A DNA stretch of 59,585 bases, filler included. It is 9 parts of 9 records of this genome, joined end to end, with 100 filler letters (N's around TTAATTAATTAA, not from the genome) between each part and the next. Parts side by side here need not be neighbours in the genome. Positions count along the whole stretch, not along the records: positions 47,084 to 52,701 come from SRR31147125_71013; positions 52,802 to 59,585 come from SRR31147125_71065; 7 more parts are not named here. One strand, written 5' to 3'. Position 1 is the stretch's first letter; each line of letters begins with the position of its first letter. Of the stretch, positions 50,787-59,585 are shown in pieces. The notes beneath the pieces are model-generated. The model was not told the origin of the DNA. It searched no databases and saw only the letters and a program-made list of their open reading frames with translations. Position numbers and translations under genes: made by a program.

Positions 50787-50820
50787 AAAAAGACCGTACA
50801 GCATTTGTACGGTCTTTTTT
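50787..50820 (+). terminator. Intrinsic terminator after tsf
   Basis: AAAAAGACCGTACA-GCATT-TGTACGGTCTTTTTT. Confidence 0.88.
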
Positions 50821-50895
50821 CATAGTTATATATTGTGATATAATGATACTTGTCTTGTAATTGATGAAATCAGGAAATCACATTAGGAGTATTTT

Positions 50896-51450
50896 ATGAA
50901 TTCAGTAATGAATCACGCAGAAGAAAGAATGAAAAAAAGCATAGCAGCGCTTGAAAATGATTTTAATGCTTTAAGAACCGGTCGGGCTTCAGCGGCGTTA
51001 TTTGATAAAATCCGTGTGGATTATTATGGACAGCCTACACCTCTGGCACAAGTAGCCAGTATATCAATACCTGAGGCAAGATTGGTGGTTATACAGCCCT
51101 GGGATAAAGGTCTTTTAAACATAATAGAAAAAGCCCTGCAGAAATCAGAGTTGTCTTTGAACCCCAGCAATGACGGGAAACTGATACGTATTAATATTCC
51201 GCCATTGACTGAAGAACGGCGTAAAGAACTTGTGAAAGTAGCGAAAGGGACTGCTGAGACAAGTCGGGTTGCAATCAGGAATATCCGAAGAGATGCCATT
51301 GAAGATCTTAAAAAACTTGAAAAAGCAAAAGAAATTACTGAGGATGAGTTAAAATCCGGACAGGATTCCGTTCAAAAATTGACCGATAAGTATGTTTCCG
51401 AAATTAACGCTATCCTGGAGAAAAAAGAACGGGAAATTATGGAAGTCTAA
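50896..51450 (+). CDS. frr: Ribosome recycling factor
   Basis: LRTGRAS, IQPWDK, PPLTEERRKELVK, IRNIRRD. Confidence 0.97.
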   Translation: MNSVMNHAEERMKKSIAALENDFNALRTGRASAALFDKIRVDYYGQPTPLAQVASISIPEARLVVIQPWDKGLLNIIEKALQKSELSLNPSNDGKLIRINIPPLTEERRKELVKVAKGTAETSRVAIRNIRRDAIEDLKKLEKAKEITEDELKSGQDSVQKLTDKYVSEINAILEKKEREIMEV

Positions 51451-51464
51451 TAGGATTTACCACT

Positions 51465-52184
51465 TTGCAGTATCCAGACCCCTTCCCTCAACTGCAGCAC
51501 ATAGGAATAATCATGGACGGCAACGGCCGTTGGGCTCGAGCCAGAAAAATGCCCAGATCTTCCGGCCATCTTGAGGGATTGAAAACAGCAAAAAGAAGTA
51601 TTGTCTATTTAGCTTCAACTCCGCTTAAATTTGTAACCTTATATGCATTTTCCACTGAGAATTGGAAACGAGCTACAAAAGAAGTGGCTTATTTGATGGA
51701 TTTAATCTCGAAAAACATTCTAAAAGAGATTCCATTTTATAAAAAACACAATATACGCATTCGTTTTACTGGTAATATATCTGGATTAAGTGACAAAGTT
51801 GCTGCAAACATCTCTAATGCTATGCAAAAAACGGAAACTCATACAGGATTGAACGTTTGTCTGGCAATTAACTATGGTGGAAGAGATGAAATTGAAAGAG
51901 CTGTTAAAAGAATGATTTCAGCACATGAAACTTTAAAGACATCTGATTATTTCAAGAAAGATTATCTTAATCAATTTCTGGACAATCCGGACTTTCCGGA
52001 TCCTGAACTTATTATCCGAACGGCTGGAGAAAAACGCTTGAGTAATTTCCTACTATGGCAGAGTGCCTATTCAGAACTATTCTTTAGTGATACACTGTGG
52101 CCTGATTGGAGCGAAAAGGATTTTGTTGAGGCATTTTCTGATTTTTCAACGAGAAAGAGGAATTTTGGAGGCATAAAAAGGTGA
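51465..52184 (+). CDS. uppS: Undecaprenyl diphosphate synthase
   Basis: HIGIIMDGNGRWA, YAFSTENWKR, NYGGRDE, RTAGEKRLSNFLLWQ. Confidence 0.95.
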   Translation: MQYPDPFPQLQHIGIIMDGNGRWARARKMPRSSGHLEGLKTAKRSIVYLASTPLKFVTLYAFSTENWKRATKEVAYLMDLISKNILKEIPFYKKHNIRIRFTGNISGLSDKVAANISNAMQKTETHTGLNVCLAINYGGRDEIERAVKRMISAHETLKTSDYFKKDYLNQFLDNPDFPDPELIIRTAGEKRLSNFLLWQSAYSELFFSDTLWPDWSEKDFVEAFSDFSTRKRNFGGIKR

Positions 52185-52701
52185 ATACTGTCTTAAAACG
52201 CATTCTTTTGACAGTCATTGGCGTTCCGCTTTTCCTCAGTATTATTTTTTATCTTGATCATTATCATTTTCTGGTATTTCTTATTATAGCTACTGTATTT
52301 ACCTTCTTTGGCGCCTATGAAATAGCTGATTTGATGACAAAATCCATGTCCCATGCAAAAACAGAAAAGCGAACATTTCCTCCAGGGCTTTCAGCTCTAC
52401 TTCCCATAGCGGCTTATGTTGAATTATTCTATATAGATGGGAACTTTCCATTACTGACAATTACTACCCTGCTGTTTATCCTTATAATGTGTATTATTGA
52501 AGTTTTTAACGGCTTTTCTGATAATTTTAAAGGTTCAGCAGCACGACTCAGCAGTCAGCTGGTAGTACTTCTGTATCCGGCAGGTTTAGTAACTTTTCTG
52601 GTTAAAATAACTGCTTATCAGCATGCAGCCTGGCTGTTAGTACTGCATTTTCTGCTTGTGTTTTCAAATGATGTCTTTGCGTATGTTGCCGGTATGCTTT
52701 T
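52181..52701 (+). CDS. cdsA: Phosphatidate cytidylyltransferase, 3'-truncated
   Basis: KRILLTVIGVP start, hydrophobic, NDVFAYVAG motif; follows uppS. Confidence 0.85.
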
Positions 52702-52801
52702 NNNNNNNNNNNNNNNNNNNNNNNNNNNNNNNNNNNNNNNNNNNNTTAATTAATTAANNNNNNNNNNNNNNNNNNNNNNNNNNNNNNNNNNNNNNNNNNN
52801 N
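52702..52801. other. Artificial contig spacer
   Basis: N44-TTAATTAATTAA-N44. Confidence 0.98.
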
Positions 52802-52802
52802 C

Positions 52803-54110
52803 GAAACCATGACCCTGCTCCAGCGGGACCGCCAGGCCGCCTGGTTCGCCCGGGACAAGGGTGCCAGGCTGCTCATCTGTTCCGAAATCGGGTCCGAAGG
52901 CAGAAATTTCCAATTTGTCCGTCACCTTTTTTTATTTGACCTGCCTGAAAATCCTGAGCTTTTAGAGCAGCGCATCGGCCGGGTGGACCGCATCGGCCAG
53001 AAACATACCATTGAAATCTATGTCCCCTATATCACAGGTACCGGACAGGAAATCCTGGCCCATTGGTACCATAGGGGTCTGGGGCTATTGGACCGGAATA
53101 TCAACGGGCTTCACGCCATTTTCACCCGGTTTAAGCCCCGGCTGTCAGAGCTGATCCAGGGGGCCCTGGAAACAAAGGCCGTTGACAGGACTAAACTTGA
53201 TGCCCTGGTCCAGGACGCCGCTGCCCATACCGCCGCCACCCAGGCCCGCCTGGACCAGGGCAAGCACATCCTTTTAGAGCTCAACTCCTTCAGACCGGAA
53301 CCGGCCCGGCAGCTGGTCAGGGCCGTCCGGGATATGGACCGGGATCCCAGCCTGTCCCTCCTCATGGAGACCCTTTTAGACCACTACGGCGTGGATATGG
53401 ACCCCATCAACGACAGCCAGGGGGACAAAACGGTTCGCCTGACCATGGACCGGACCGCGGACGAGGCCTTTCCCAGCCTGCCCAGGGGGGCGCAAATCGC
53501 CACCTTTGACCGGGAAACCGCCATTGCCAGGGAGGATATCAATTTTTTCACCTGGGACCACCCCTTTATAAACCAGGTTCTGGACTTTTTCCTGACCCGG
53601 GGAGAAGGCATGGCCGCAGTGGCAAAAATCAAAGACTGGGGCAGCCCGGGACTTTTTCTGGAAACCCTGTACCTTCTTGAAATCCCTGGAATCGAGGATA
53701 TCCCCAGCGCCCTTCAATTCATCCGGCCCGAGCCCATTCACATCCTCATCGACCACCTGGGGGAAGCAAGCAAAAATCTGCCGGAGAATTTTTTCCAGCG
53801 GCTTCTGCCGGACCGGCCCCAATGGTTCATGGAAATGGCGCCTTTGAAAACAGACCTCATACCGGATCTTCTGGACAAAACCCAGCACCTGGCCGAAGCA
53901 GAGGCCCAGAAAATGCGGGATCTGGCCCTGGAAAACCTGGACCGCAGCCTGGGCCTGGAAGTTCAGCGCCTCAAGGACCTAAAAAAAATAAACCCCGGCA
54001 TCACGGATAAGGAGATCCGGGCCGCCCGGGAGGAATTGGACACCCTGGCCGGCCACCTGACCCGGGCCCGGGTCCGCCTGGACGCCGTCCGCCTCATCCG
54101 GACGGAATAA
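52803..54110 (+). CDS. rapA: RNA polymerase-associated SNF2-like ATPase RapA (HepA), C-terminal part
   Basis: CSEIGSEGRNFQF, LEQRIGRVDRIGQ, LLELNSF, TFDRETA..TWDHP, RLDAVRLI. Confidence 0.92.
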   Translation, partial: ETMTLLQRDRQAAWFARDKGARLLICSEIGSEGRNFQFVRHLFLFDLPENPELLEQRIGRVDRIGQKHTIEIYVPYITGTGQEILAHWYHRGLGLLDRNINGLHAIFTRFKPRLSELIQGALETKAVDRTKLDALVQDAAAHTAATQARLDQGKHILLELNSFRPEPARQLVRAVRDMDRDPSLSLLMETLLDHYGVDMDPINDSQGDKTVRLTMDRTADEAFPSLPRGAQIATFDRETAIAREDINFFTWDHPFINQVLDFFLTRGEGMAAVAKIKDWGSPGLFLETLYLLEIPGIEDIPSALQFIRPEPIHILIDHLGEASKNLPENFFQRLLPDRPQWFMEMAPLKTDLIPDLLDKTQHLAEAEAQKMRDLALENLDRSLGLEVQRLKDLKKINPGITDKEIRAAREELDTLAGHLTRARVRLDAVRLIRTE

Positions 54111-54411
54111 ATCCCGGGATCTGCCACAGGCCAGTGGATGGGGAGACCTGTAATAGCTATTGCCGGACACTGCCAGCAGACAGACCCCATTGGAACAATA
54201 TTCACCGGCCGGGCAGCTTGCGCCGCATCACGCCACCAGGGCGGAAGAGATTCACAGATTTACCCGGCAGTCGTATCCGGCCGGGCAGCCGGTATCAAAA
54301 CCCTGGGCAAAACGTGTCCTGCGGCGTCAAAGCCTTGCCAGGCGCAACTTTCCGCGAAGCAATTGCCTCACTATATAATTATATGTATATTTCATATTAA
54401 AAACTAATTAA

Positions 54412-54434
54412 TTTTATAGAATTTTTCTATAAAA
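54412..54434. promoter_or_regulatory. Perfect 10-3-10 palindrome upstream of the T1SS operon
   Basis: TTTTATAGAA-TTT-TTCTATAAAA inside an AT-rich island. Confidence 0.4.
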
Positions 54435-54513
54435 AAACAATGGATAAATCGTTTACCGGAAGCCTGGGCTCTGCTATATTCCGTCTTTTTTTAGGAAAAA
54501 GTTAATACTAAAA

Positions 54514-55809
54514 ATGAGACTGATACCTTTACGAAAAAAGCAGATACCGCACTTACCCTGTATTTATTGGGTCCTTATTTTCTGGCTTACCATCTCTCCC
54601 TGCATGGGTGGTGAGCACCCACCCCGGACCGCCACGATAATCCAGGCCCTGGAGGCCGCCCTTGAAAAAAACCCCATCGTCCTTGGGGCCAGGAATAATG
54701 TCCAGGCCGCCCTGGGGGACCTGTCATCGGAAGAAATGCAGCGGCTGCCCACCCTTTCCCTTCAGGGTACAACCGAAGGCAGACGGGACTCCGAGGCATT
54801 GATACGGTTAGTTCAGCCCATTTGGGTCGGGGGACGGATCGACAACGCCATTGAAACCTCCCGGCTTGACCTGGCCCTGTCCCGGACGGAACTGCTCGGT
54901 GCCCAGCGGCAGCTTTTGGAAGACACGGCCGTTTCCTATGCAGAGCTTCTCGGACTCAAGGCCCGGATCAGGGCGGCCGAAAAAAACATCGCAGAACACC
55001 GGCGCCTGCTGGCACTGATTACCCGGAGGACAGAGGGAAATATCTCATCCGGGGCCGATGTCCAGCTGGCCCGGTCCCGCCTGGCCCAGGCCCGTCTGAT
55101 CAAAGAAGAATTATTGGGCCAGCAAACCCTTGCCATAACGGAACTGACCGCACTGACCCTGACGCCGGTAGGTGACCTTGCGCCTGTACCGGAGCCCTTT
55201 TTGGACCTGCCCGGCCATGAGGCCATTCAATCCGACGCCCTCAGGACCTCTCCGGCAATGGCCTCAGCTGCCCTTGAAATTGAAAAAGCCAGGATTGAAA
55301 AAGCCATGAGGCGATCCGAGCTTTTGCCCAAGGTTTACGGAAGGCTGGACCAGGAACTTTACAACCGTGCCGGGTTTTCCGACCAGGATCTGGATACCCG
55401 GCTGGCCCTGGTGGTGGAAGGCAGCTTTGAAGGCGCAGGATTGAGGTCCTATAAACGGATCAAGGCCTCCCGGGAAAGGATCAAGCGCGCCGTCATGGCA
55501 TCCGAGGCGGAAAAAAACGAAGTCAGGCGCAGTATCCGGGCCCTGCTTGGGGACAGGAAAATGATCCGGGAGCTTATGGAACTGAACCGCACCCTTGTGG
55601 CCTCCACCGGCGCCACAAGGGACTCTTACCACCGGCAATACGAGGCGGGCAGAAAAAGCTGGCTTGATCTGATGAATATTCAGCAGGAACACGCCCGTGC
55701 CCGGCTTGCCATGGCCCAGGCAACCTCCGCCTTTCTGCAGAACAGCCTGCGGCTGGCGGTCCGGACAGGACGACTGGATGAGGTATTTAAACATCACCAT
55801 GACAATTGA
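54514..55809 (+). CDS. TolC-family outer-membrane protein of a type I secretion system
   Basis: ALEKNP, LPTLSL, QPIWVGGR, RQYEAGRKSWLDLMN. Confidence 0.9.
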   Translation: MRLIPLRKKQIPHLPCIYWVLIFWLTISPCMGGEHPPRTATIIQALEAALEKNPIVLGARNNVQAALGDLSSEEMQRLPTLSLQGTTEGRRDSEALIRLVQPIWVGGRIDNAIETSRLDLALSRTELLGAQRQLLEDTAVSYAELLGLKARIRAAEKNIAEHRRLLALITRRTEGNISSGADVQLARSRLAQARLIKEELLGQQTLAITELTALTLTPVGDLAPVPEPFLDLPGHEAIQSDALRTSPAMASAALEIEKARIEKAMRRSELLPKVYGRLDQELYNRAGFSDQDLDTRLALVVEGSFEGAGLRSYKRIKASRERIKRAVMASEAEKNEVRRSIRALLGDRKMIRELMELNRTLVASTGATRDSYHRQYEAGRKSWLDLMNIQQEHARARLAMAQATSAFLQNSLRLAVRTGRLDEVFKHHHDN

Positions 55810-57971
55810 TACGGCACAGATTTCCCGGGACAAGGATCAGATCCATCCGGTAATGGCCACTCCCATATCCCCTGCCGTACTCGGAACGGTTCTGGAGGGC
55901 ATCGGCGCCCCCATACCTGACAAGGCGCTTAAAAAAGCCAGTGAGGCCGTCCAGGCCGGGGACACCCCCATGCGGCCGGCCCGGCGTCTGGCCAAAATCC
56001 TGGAATGCCTGGGCAGAAAAGATATCCAGGTTTGCAGGCTGCCCTGGGACCGCCTGGATACAAATCACCTGCCCGCCCTGGTCTTTTACCAGCAGGCGTG
56101 GATGGGTGTTGAAACGGATAAAGAAGAAAGGGTCCGTCTCACCTCCCCCGGTGGCGAGGCCATTTCAGTCCCAGGCAAGGACCTGGGCCGGGCCCCGGTG
56201 CTGTGGATCCGGAAACCGGCCGGGGAAAAGGCGGCAGGCCGCGGGGAAACGCCCCGGGCCGCGAGCCTTCTGCTGGGGGAACTCTGGAAGGATAAAGCCT
56301 GGTTTATGGAAGTGACGGCCGCCACCATTGTCATCAATATCCTGGCCGTGGCCTCCTCATTATTTGCCATGCAGGTCTATGACCGGGTGGTGCCCACCTT
56401 TGCCTATGCCACACTTACCGCCCTTGTGGCTGTCATGCTCATTATCATCTGCCTGGACTGGGCCTTAAAATTTATCCGGGCCAGGATTACAGACGCCCTG
56501 GGCAAAGCGGTGGACCAGTCCATGTCCCAGCACCTGTTCGAGCATGTGATGCACCTCCGCCTGGATACCCGGCCCAGAAACCTGGGCACCCTGGCCGCCC
56601 AGATGAAGGGGCTGGAGCAGGTCAGGCATTTTTTTTCCTCCACCATCATTTTCTTTTTTACCGATCTGCCCTTCTGCTTTTTCTTTTTATTTGTCATTTT
56701 CCTCGTCGGCGGTAAAGTGGCCTTTGTCTATGCCGCCCTTCTCCCCCTGGCCCTGATCTTTGGATGGATTGCCCAAAAACGGTTACAACGCCTGGCCAGG
56801 GATGAAATCCGAAAAGACCACCAGCGTCACGGCCTCCTGGTGGAGACCATCCAGGGTGGGGAAACCATCCAGGCCACAGGCAGTGCCTGGCGGTTTGCAG
56901 AAAAATGGCGGCAAGTCACAGAGATGATTGCCGGGTACGGATTCAAAAACAAAAGCATCACCAGCACCGCCACCACCACCACGGGAAGCCTGGGCACCCT
57001 GGGGTATGTAGGGGCCATCGGGGTGGGGGTCACCTGTGTGGAGGCTGGAGAACTGACCACCGGCGGGATGATCGCCTGTGCCATCCTGGGCGGCCGGATC
57101 ATCAATCCGGTGGCCCTCGGGGTGAGATTCATGGTCCAGTGGCAGCATGTCAAGGAATCCCTGGACATGGTCAACAGCCTGCTTTCCATGGAGACGGACC
57201 GGAGCAAGGATCAGGAATCCCTGGTTCCGGATTTCCTGGAAGAGAGCCTGATACTGGACAGGGTGCGGTTTTCCTATCCGGGGTCTCCCATGGTCTGCCT
57301 TGATCTGCCCCAATTATCCCTCAATGCCGGGGACCGGGTGGTCATCCTGGGCCCCAACGGCTGCGGGAAATCTACCCTGCTGAAACTCATGGCAGGATTA
57401 TTCCGCCCCAGTGAGGGCCAGGTCCGGCTGGGCGGTGCCCATATATTGGACCTGGATCCAAGCGTGGTGACCCGGCAGGTGGGCTATCTGCCCCAGGATG
57501 TCCATTTATTCAAGGGCACCCTGAAAACCAATATGGTGCTGGGAGGGGGCGTCAAGGATGCCGACCTCATCGAGGTGGCCCGGCTGCTGGGCATCGACCG
57601 GATCGCGGCCCAGAATCCAAGGAGCATGGACCTCAATATCTTTGAAGGGGGACAGGCCGTCCGGGGGCCAGCGGCAGTTGACCGCCCTGGCCCGGCTTTT
57701 CCTGGCCCGGCCCCGGATCTGGCTTCTGGACGAGCCTTCCGCCCCCCTGGACCCGGATTCTGAAAACCAGATCCTGGCCGCCCTGAAACAGCGGGCCAGG
57801 CCAAGTGATATCATCGTCATCGCCACCCACCGTCCCAGTCTGACCGCCCTGGCCAACCGGGTCATCATCATGGGCAGGGGCAAAATTATCCGGGACGGCA
57901 AGCCCGACGACCTGGTCCGTGTGCCCCATTCACAGGGACCGGTGATTCTGCCCGCCCAAAGGAGATCCTGA
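55799..57971 (+). CDS. Type I secretion ABC transporter (LapB/LssB-like), with an apparent frameshift near 57652-57660
   Basis: SLFAMQVYDRVVP, GPNGCGKST, GYLPQD; after the frame change SGGQRQ, LLDEPSA, IATHR. Confidence 0.9.
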
Positions 57972-59134
57972 TGTTTTCCCATGGAGAAACAATCCACAGG
58001 GGGCGGTATTCACTGGTCCTATGGATTTTGATTTTAGGGGTTATTGCCGGGGTCGCCTGGGCCCGTTATTTTAAAATCGACCAGACCGCCCGGGGCGTGG
58101 GCACCGTGATTGCGTCCACCCGTCTCCAGGTGATCCAGGCGGTTGACGGCGGGGTGATCCAGTCCCTGAATGTCAAAGAGGGGGACAAGGTGGACAAAGG
58201 CCAGGTGCTGGCCCGGTTTGACCAGACCCGGTCTGCCGCCGCCGTTAAAGAGCTGGATGCCAGGCTGGCCTCCCTGTATGCCCGCCAGGCCCGCCTCAAG
58301 GCCGAAGTCACAGGGGCGCCTAAAATAGAATTTCCCTCAAAAATCCGACCGTACGCCGATCTTGTGGCCGTACAGACCGCCCTGTTCAGGGAACGGCGCC
58401 AGGGCATCGCCCAGACCCTTGACAACCTTAAAACCGCTGTGGGCCTTGCCAAGGAAGAGGTCAGGCTGGTTCAGGCCCTGAAAAAAACCGGGGATGCCAG
58501 CCGGTCCGAAGTGCTCAGGGCCCGGCGGGTCCTCAATGAAGCGGAGGGGGAATGGATCAACCGGAAAAACAAGTATTTCCAGGATGTCCAGCTGGAACTG
58601 GCCAGGGTGGAAGATGAGATCGGGCAGAACCAGCAGATCCGTACCCAGCGGGCCCAGCAGCTGCGTGACAGCGTGATCAGGACGCCTGTGGCCGGCATCG
58701 TTAAAAACGTGCGCATCACCACTCTGGGGGTGCTTCGGCCCGGTGAGGAACTCATGGAGATCGTCCCTGTGGACGACAAACTCATTGTGGAGGCCAAAAT
58801 CCCGCCGGCGGATATTGCTCAGATCCGGCCCGGGCTCTCTGCCAGCCTCAGGTTTGATGCCTTTGACTATACGATTTTCGGCGCTGTGGAAGGCCGGGTC
58901 ATGTACGTGAGCGCCGATACCCTGACGGAAAAGACCCCAAGGGGGGATCTGACCTATTACAGGGTCCATTTGAGCACGGCCGAGCCCCCTGTGGTCACCC
59001 GCACCGGTAAAACCATCACCCTATTGCCGGGCATGACGGCCCAGGTGGATATCCGCACCGGCCGGCGCACCGTAATGAATTATTTATTAAAACCTTTGAA
59101 AAAAACCCTGGCCGAATCCTTTGGTGAAAAATAG
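57971..59134 (+). CDS. HlyD-family type I secretion membrane fusion protein
   Basis: QVIQAVDGGVI..VKEGD.V.KGQ, IRTPVAGIV, AFDYTIFG, PGMTAQVDIRTG.RT...YLLKP. Confidence 0.93.
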   Translation: MFSHGETIHRGRYSLVLWILILGVIAGVAWARYFKIDQTARGVGTVIASTRLQVIQAVDGGVIQSLNVKEGDKVDKGQVLARFDQTRSAAAVKELDARLASLYARQARLKAEVTGAPKIEFPSKIRPYADLVAVQTALFRERRQGIAQTLDNLKTAVGLAKEEVRLVQALKKTGDASRSEVLRARRVLNEAEGEWINRKNKYFQDVQLELARVEDEIGQNQQIRTQRAQQLRDSVIRTPVAGIVKNVRITTLGVLRPGEELMEIVPVDDKLIVEAKIPPADIAQIRPGLSASLRFDAFDYTIFGAVEGRVMYVSADTLTEKTPRGDLTYYRVHLSTAEPPVVTRTGKTITLLPGMTAQVDIRTGRRTVMNYLLKPLKKTLAESFGEK

Positions 59135-59178
59135 GTTGGCCGGGCATATTAAAGAACAACCGGAGCAGGAGATGCATC

Positions 59179-59585
59179 ATGTTGATACTGATTGAAAAAC
59201 GCCAGGACGATACCCTTGTCGAGTATGCATTAACCAAAGTCACCCAGATTGTTGCCCGTCCCGGCACCGTATATACGGTCAAAGAGACCGAGACGGACCT
59301 CCCCGAGGATCTGGTTCTGAAGCAGGACGGCCAGGACCTTGAAGTGGAAGTGGATGGGGTTCCCGTTGCCACCATAGAAGAATTCTTCGGTCCTGAAAGT
59401 CAAATACTCTTCAGTACGGACGGTTCCCTGACACCGCCTGAAACCGCATTAGTATCGGGGTATACCCTTTCTGCGCCCGATGGAGACGGCCAGGTGGTCT
59501 GGCAGGCGGATGAGGGACATGATTCGGCCGGATGGATCACAGGGATTCTGGCCCTGGCCGGGGCCGGGGTGCTGCCGCTGCCCTC
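59179..59585 (+). CDS. N-terminus of a giant T1SS-secreted adhesin (BapA-prefix-like); runs off the window
   Basis: AGGAG RBS and ATG at 59179: MLILIEKRQ..LVLKQDGQDLEVEVDGVPVATIEEFF..WITGILALAGAG. Not in the ORF track because it has no stop. Confidence 0.7.
   Translation, partial: MLILIEKRQDDTLVEYALTKVTQIVARPGTVYTVKETETDLPEDLVLKQDGQDLEVEVDGVPVATIEEFFGPESQILFSTDGSLTPPETALVSGYTLSAPDGDGQVVWQADEGHDSAGWITGILALAGAGVLPLP

Noticed and set aside
50772..50896. Absence of pyrH between tsf and frr as a novelty
   Set aside because: rpsB-tsf-frr-uppS-cdsA without pyrH is a known spirochaete arrangement (e.g. Borrelia).
5272..52801. Recurrent TTAATTAATTAA in N runs as a biological repeat, and any cross-contig gene cluster (e.g. 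tra genes with the hemA operon)
   Set aside because: These are identical 100-nt artificial spacers; composition and apparent taxonomy change at each one, so adjacency is not biological.

Overview
This window is not one locus. It is nine unrelated contigs joined by eight 100-nt spacers (N44-TTAATTAATTAA-N44), so gene-neighbourhood arguments only hold within a contig. (1) 1-5271, Firmicutes-like: a divergent PstS-like lipoprotein and a compact cheY / CBS-PAS-HPt-HATPase (CheA-like, no CheW domain) / cheX operon. (2) 5372-10515: F-type conjugation genes traF-traH-traG. (3) 10616-16701, Gammaproteobacteria: hemA-prfA-prmC-sirB2-DUF819, divergent from lolB-ispE. (4) 16802-21992: a large secreted BspA-type LRR/Ig repeat protein behind a truncated GEMM-I (c-di-GMP/cGAMP) riboswitch with an overlapping terminator. 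(5) 22093-29400: an intronless, probably eukaryotic Cys-rich/FN3/REJ/GPS single-pass receptor fragment. (6) 29501-34932: an AI-2E transporter and a large Ig/PKD lipoprotein. (7) 35033-46983, Desulfobacterota-like: hybrid kinase, N-formylglutamate amidohydrolase, sirtuin, MFS, MoxR/VWA, an atypical ParB-domain protein, MATE, the start of gspF/pilC, plus small repeat elements. (8) 47084-52701, spirochaete-like: ABC-F, maf, rpsB-tsf-frr-uppS-cdsA. (9) 52802-59585: rapA, a type I secretion system and the start of its giant adhesin. Several conserved genes carry small indels that look like sequencing errors. No CRISPR array, rRNA or tRNA was seen. The best leads are the receptor-less CBS-sensing CheA-like/CheY/CheX module, the riboswitch-gated LRR surface protein, the HTH-less ParB protein with an amphipathic helix, the GGGGTCAGGTCTTGC repeat family, and the single-TM REJ/GPS receptor. 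All taxonomic labels and domain calls are motif recognition by eye, not database results.
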